DNA from: Verrucomicrobiia bacterium
GTDB lineage: Bacteria; Verrucomicrobiota; Verrucomicrobiia; Limisphaerales; JADJPG01
Direction: 5' to 3'
NCBI GenBank assembly: GCA_035577805.1
Contig: DATLUX010000650.1
Span: 16,943-80,942, forward strand
DNA: 64,000 bases
Shown here: one piece after another, positions 60,637-64,000 of the stretch
Layout of the letters: each line of letters begins with the position of its first letter
How positions within the stretch are numbered: position 1 is the stretch's first letter
Translations under genes and position numbers: made by a program
Notes under the pieces: generated by a model
What the model saw: only the letters and a program-made list of their open reading frames with translations
The model's database searches: none
Told to the model about the DNA's origin: nothing

Positions 60637-62640
60637 TTAGAATTGCACGCGGACAACCCGCGCGCCGTTCACGCGAACGATCGCGTCGTTGCGTTGGGTC
60701 GATGAGAAGCCGAGGCCGCTCAACTGATTGGTCGCCTCGTCGGTGCGCATCTTCGCACCCACGAGTTCCAGCACCTTCCGGTGCTGATCGAGGTCGCCGC
60801 GGAGGAATTCGTTGTAGAAGCCCCGAGCGGTGCCGTCGTTCTGGCAGTTTGCCAGCATGAAGAAGTGGTGCCGGTTGCCCACGCCATGCCCGTCCCAGTG
60901 GTTGGGCGAGAGCATGACGACGTTCACCCGGTTGAAGGTGCCTGTGTCGATATTCCAGACCTTCCGGGAGGTTGTTGTCGACGGGAGGGACTCAATGATT
61001 TCGAGCCCCTTGGCGTGACTGTAGCGGAAGGTGGCCACCGTGACAGTTTCGCCGAGCCGCAGTGCTTTCGGGTAGGCGAAGCGATAGACAGTGCCCTTGA
61101 AGTCGATTTCAGCTTCAAAGCCAACGTCAGCCGTGTTCCGTTTGGTGAACTGGTTCACGGCGAGTTGGTATGTGCCTTCGCGCATCCTGGCGGTTGTCTC
61201 GTAGAAGATATTTTCTACGGGATCGCGCACGAGGGTCATGACGTTCATATCCACGTCCAGTTGACCGCGCGACACGCGGCTGATTTTGTTGGCATAGTAG
61301 ATATGCTCGGGCCCAGGCTCGACCATGTGAAAGTCCAGATCGTCGGTGTTGAACCAACCCAGCCGACAGCACAGTTCCCCGGTGACGTTGCCGCCCGCCT
61401 TTTTGACCCGCTCCTTCACCGAGTCAGCGAAGTCTCCCGCATAGGACCACGAGAAGCGGTTATCCCACCTGAACAACTGGCCAGCGTTCGGGTCTACCGG
61501 GGCGATCAAGCTGACCAGATTGCCCGCGTGGCGGTTTTCCACGAGCAATTCGACGCTGGTAGACTGCGGCAGCACCTCGGCGAGGAATTCGGCGATGCCG
61601 ACATTCTGGGCCTTCTCGAATGACGCGGGCTTGACCGCGGCCGACGTCGCGATGTCATCGAACGCGCCGCCGCTCATCGCCTTCTTGGCGCTCCGGTCCG
61701 CGTACAGCACGTTGTTGACCGTGATGTCGGTCAGGTGGGCGTACCGGCGTTCCAGGGCCGACGTAAGGCCCAGTTCCTCCACGGTGGCCTTTGCTTTCGC
61801 CACCATCGCCGGCGTTACTAGCGCCGTGGGCCGTTTGTAGTTGGCAGGCGCCACCATGGCCTCGAATTTGCGGACCGCGCCTTCCAGGTCCATGCCCTCG
61901 GACAGGTCGACCAGCAGCGTACCAATGCTGGTGTTGCGGATTTTGGACACCGAACCGGGAAGCGTGCCGATTTGGGACCACACGAACGGTTCCAGGTTCG
62001 TCGGCGAGAGTTGCGCGAAAGCGGTCTGTGTCTGGCGGAACGTGGTCAGCGCGTGCTGATGTTCCTGCCCTCGGTAGAGCGCGTTCTGTCCGATCAGTTC
62101 CAGCACTGCGTCAACGGCATCGACCTTGATCTCGACAAGGCTGCGTTTCAGCACGTCATGAAGCGCGCGCGTCTCGGACAACCGTGGCCCGATATCCACA
62201 CCCCTGCAAACCCGGCTGTTGGGCAGGCGCACGAAGAAATGCTCCCATGTCAGTGCGCCAGTGTCGGTCTGTTCATAATTCTTGTCGGTGCCGGCGGTCG
62301 CCTCGGTGTGCAGAAATACGTTGTCGATGGTCTTCTCACGGACAAGCTCGGCCATGGCCTGGGCCACGGTCTGATAGGCCTGGTTGGGCGTTTCGATGTC
62401 CCAAAGGCTCACGATCCTGCCGTCCACGATGGCGACGACGTCACCGATCGCGCGCACGAACTGACGGCAGCACGAGCAATCATGCTCGGTTCGCTCGCGG
62501 AAGATCGGATTGCTCCCCTTGGGGAATGATCCGAGGTAGGTGGTCCACATCGCGTCCTTGTCGGCTCCGGTGCGGAATAGCTCGTGTTTGCTCATCGCCT
62601 GCCACTGGCGGTCGATCGCGGCCTTGAATTCGCTGAACAT
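60637..62640 (-). CDS. Conserved large phage protein with C-terminal YfaP/DUF2135-like domain
   Basis: HDCSCCRQF, VAPANYKRP, W.N.DDLD.H..EP, LDVDMN, VENI; AAGGAG RBS. Confidence 0.7.
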   Translation of the reverse strand: MFSEFKAAIDRQWQAMSKHELFRTGADKDAMWTTYLGSFPKGSNPIFRERTEHDCSCCRQFVRAIGDVVAIVDGRIVSLWDIETPNQAYQTVAQAMAELVREKTIDNVFLHTEATAGTDKNYEQTDTGALTWEHFFVRLPNSRVCRGVDIGPRLSETRALHDVLKRSLVEIKVDAVDAVLELIGQNALYRGQEHQHALTTFRQTQTAFAQLSPTNLEPFVWSQIGTLPGSVSKIRNTSIGTLLVDLSEGMDLEGAVRKFEAMVAPANYKRPTALVTPAMVAKAKATVEELGLTSALERRYAHLTDITVNNVLYADRSAKKAMSGGAFDDIATSAAVKPASFEKAQNVGIAEFLAEVLPQSTSVELLVENRHAGNLVSLIAPVDPNAGQLFRWDNRFSWSYAGDFADSVKERVKKAGGNVTGELCCRLGWFNTDDLDFHMVEPGPEHIYYANKISRVSRGQLDVDMNVMTLVRDPVENIFYETTARMREGTYQLAVNQFTKRNTADVGFEAEIDFKGTVYRFAYPKALRLGETVTVATFRYSHAKGLEIIESLPSTTTSRKVWNIDTGTFNRVNVVMLSPNHWDGHGVGNRHHFFMLANCQNDGTARGFYNEFLRGDLDQHRKVLELVGAKMRTDEATNQLSGLGFSSTQRNDAIVRVNGARVVRVQF

Positions 62641-62722
62641 GGTTGCTCCTTGGTTGACCTGGGTTTCTGCTCCAGGCGTTCCCTGTCCAGCACGGCGCGG
62701 GTACAGGGGACGTCAGGGTCAG

Positions 62723-63067
62723 TCAGTGGCCTTTATGAAAAGTCTCGCCCCCATCATGGGAGTGCCAACCATTGGTCAACGCCGCACGGTCAACCGTCCG
62801 GCCGGCCAGCATTTCCGCCTTCGCGATGGCCTGCTTCGCCAGGGCTGATCCGGTCGCCATCACGATCCGGTAAGCGCAGGCGTCAGTCACGCGGGCGGTC
62901 TCGCCTTCGGCCCATCCCCTGAACGCCACCGAACCGGTAGCGCGGGAGACGATGGCCTTGGCCTGGCCATTCGCCAGCAGGACGGACAGGCGCGCGATAG
63001 CCGTGCGCACCTCCGCTTTCCGTTGGTCAAAGGTCTGATTTGGGCGGCGTTGGGTGTCGCACGGCAT
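62723..63067 (-). CDS. Hypothetical protein
   Basis: GGGAG RBS; 114 aa. Confidence 0.6.
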   Translation of the reverse strand: MPCDTQRRPNQTFDQRKAEVRTAIARLSVLLANGQAKAIVSRATGSVAFRGWAEGETARVTDACAYRIVMATGSALAKQAIAKAEMLAGRTVDRAALTNGWHSHDGGETFHKGH

Positions 63068-63081
63068 TGCGGTGGTCTCCC

Positions 63082-63872
63082 TCAGAATTCAATGGCGGGG
63101 GTGGCGACGCCAGCGGCGGGAGCCGGGGGCGGGGGATCCGGCATGTCGGCGTCCAGGTCGATCGCGCGGCCGGTCACGGTGGCCTCGCGCACCTCGGCGG
63201 CGTCGTCCATGTCGATGAAGCCCGCGCGCGACTGCTGGATCGTGCGCATCGTTTGCTCATCGAGTTCCGCCGCGCCTGTTCGCCGGCCTTGACGATCTTG
63301 CGGGCCGCGCTGCGGGCGGCGTCGATGCCGCGTTGGGCCCGTTCCGCCGCGTCTGGTGACAGCATCGTGCTTAATGCTTTCGCCTTGTTGGCGGCGTCCC
63401 GGACCGCCTGGACGTCGAGGTTCCGAAGGCCGCGTTCCATGGCGGTCATGAGGTCGCGGATCTCGCCATTGATCGCGCGGATTGCCTCCACGTCATCAGC
63501 GGCGACGCGCCCGATGATCACGTAGACCGCGATACGGGTCACGTTGGCGGTGCGGTTGAACGCATCGGCCAGACCGCGCGCCTCTTCCACCGCGGCGGTC
63601 AGCTTCTCCCCGTCGGACGCGGGGCAAAGCAGGCCGAACGATGACGGCGAGCAAACCGAGGTAATCAGGCTCCGCGCCTTGCTGCGGATCTTGGTCGCTT
63701 CCTCATGCTCGCGCGGATGCTCGATGCCCCGCTTGGTCTCCCATGCGGCCTGCCGGGTGCCGTCATCGGTTAGGTGGTCGGCCTCGATGTCCATCTTCGT
63801 GTAGCTGACGTTGCCGCGCATGGAGGTTTTAAGTGATACGAGCAATCCGGGGCGCAGAGTTGAGATTTGCAT
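63082..63872 (-). pseudogene. Hypothetical protein with 1-nt frameshift near 63272
   Basis: ATG 63872 (MQISTLRPG); after AGEQA the protein-like sequence continues in another frame (AELDEQTMRTIQQSRAGFIDMD...IEF stop 63082). Confidence 0.55.
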
Positions 63873-64000
63873 TGTCGTGGTGTCCTTGTGTGTGAGGTTC
63901 AGAGATCGATGGACCGGGCGGCGATGGTGCCCCCGGCGATAGCGGCCTCGGCGGTGGTGGCGCGGCGCGCGCGTCCCTCGGCCCATGAGCGGAGCGTGGC

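Overview
GC-rich, gene-dense segment of a tailed dsDNA phage or prophage with P22-like podovirus architecture. The host is probably an alphaproteobacterium, judged from GcrA-like and GapR-like genes. 1-33.9 kb (+): late/virion region with a gp4-like adaptor, a gp10-like tail hub split over two genes, ejection proteins, an 8.7-kb DarB-like methylase plus Strawberry-notch helicase, a PurD-like ATP-grasp protein, tail fibres and a Tlde1-type lysis cassette. 33.9-41.4 kb (-): recombination module (SSB, YqaJ, ERF, DnaQ-like exonuclease, SMC-like ATPase). 41.6-58.5 kb (mostly +): Cro, replication genes and DNA methylases. 58.6-64 kb (-): early accessory genes. No terminase, capsid, integrase or cI gene was recognised in the window. 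The most striking feature is a small serine recombinase (47.6-48.3 kb) between two divergent arrays of tiny genes, each delimited by short repeats; the left-array repeats resemble resolvase half-sites. This suggests an integron-like gene-cassette system. Also notable are a gene nested out of frame in the DarB-like gene, a repeated two-hairpin leader before three late modules, and a dual-frame C5 methylase. All product calls come from motif recognition by eye; no database search was run.
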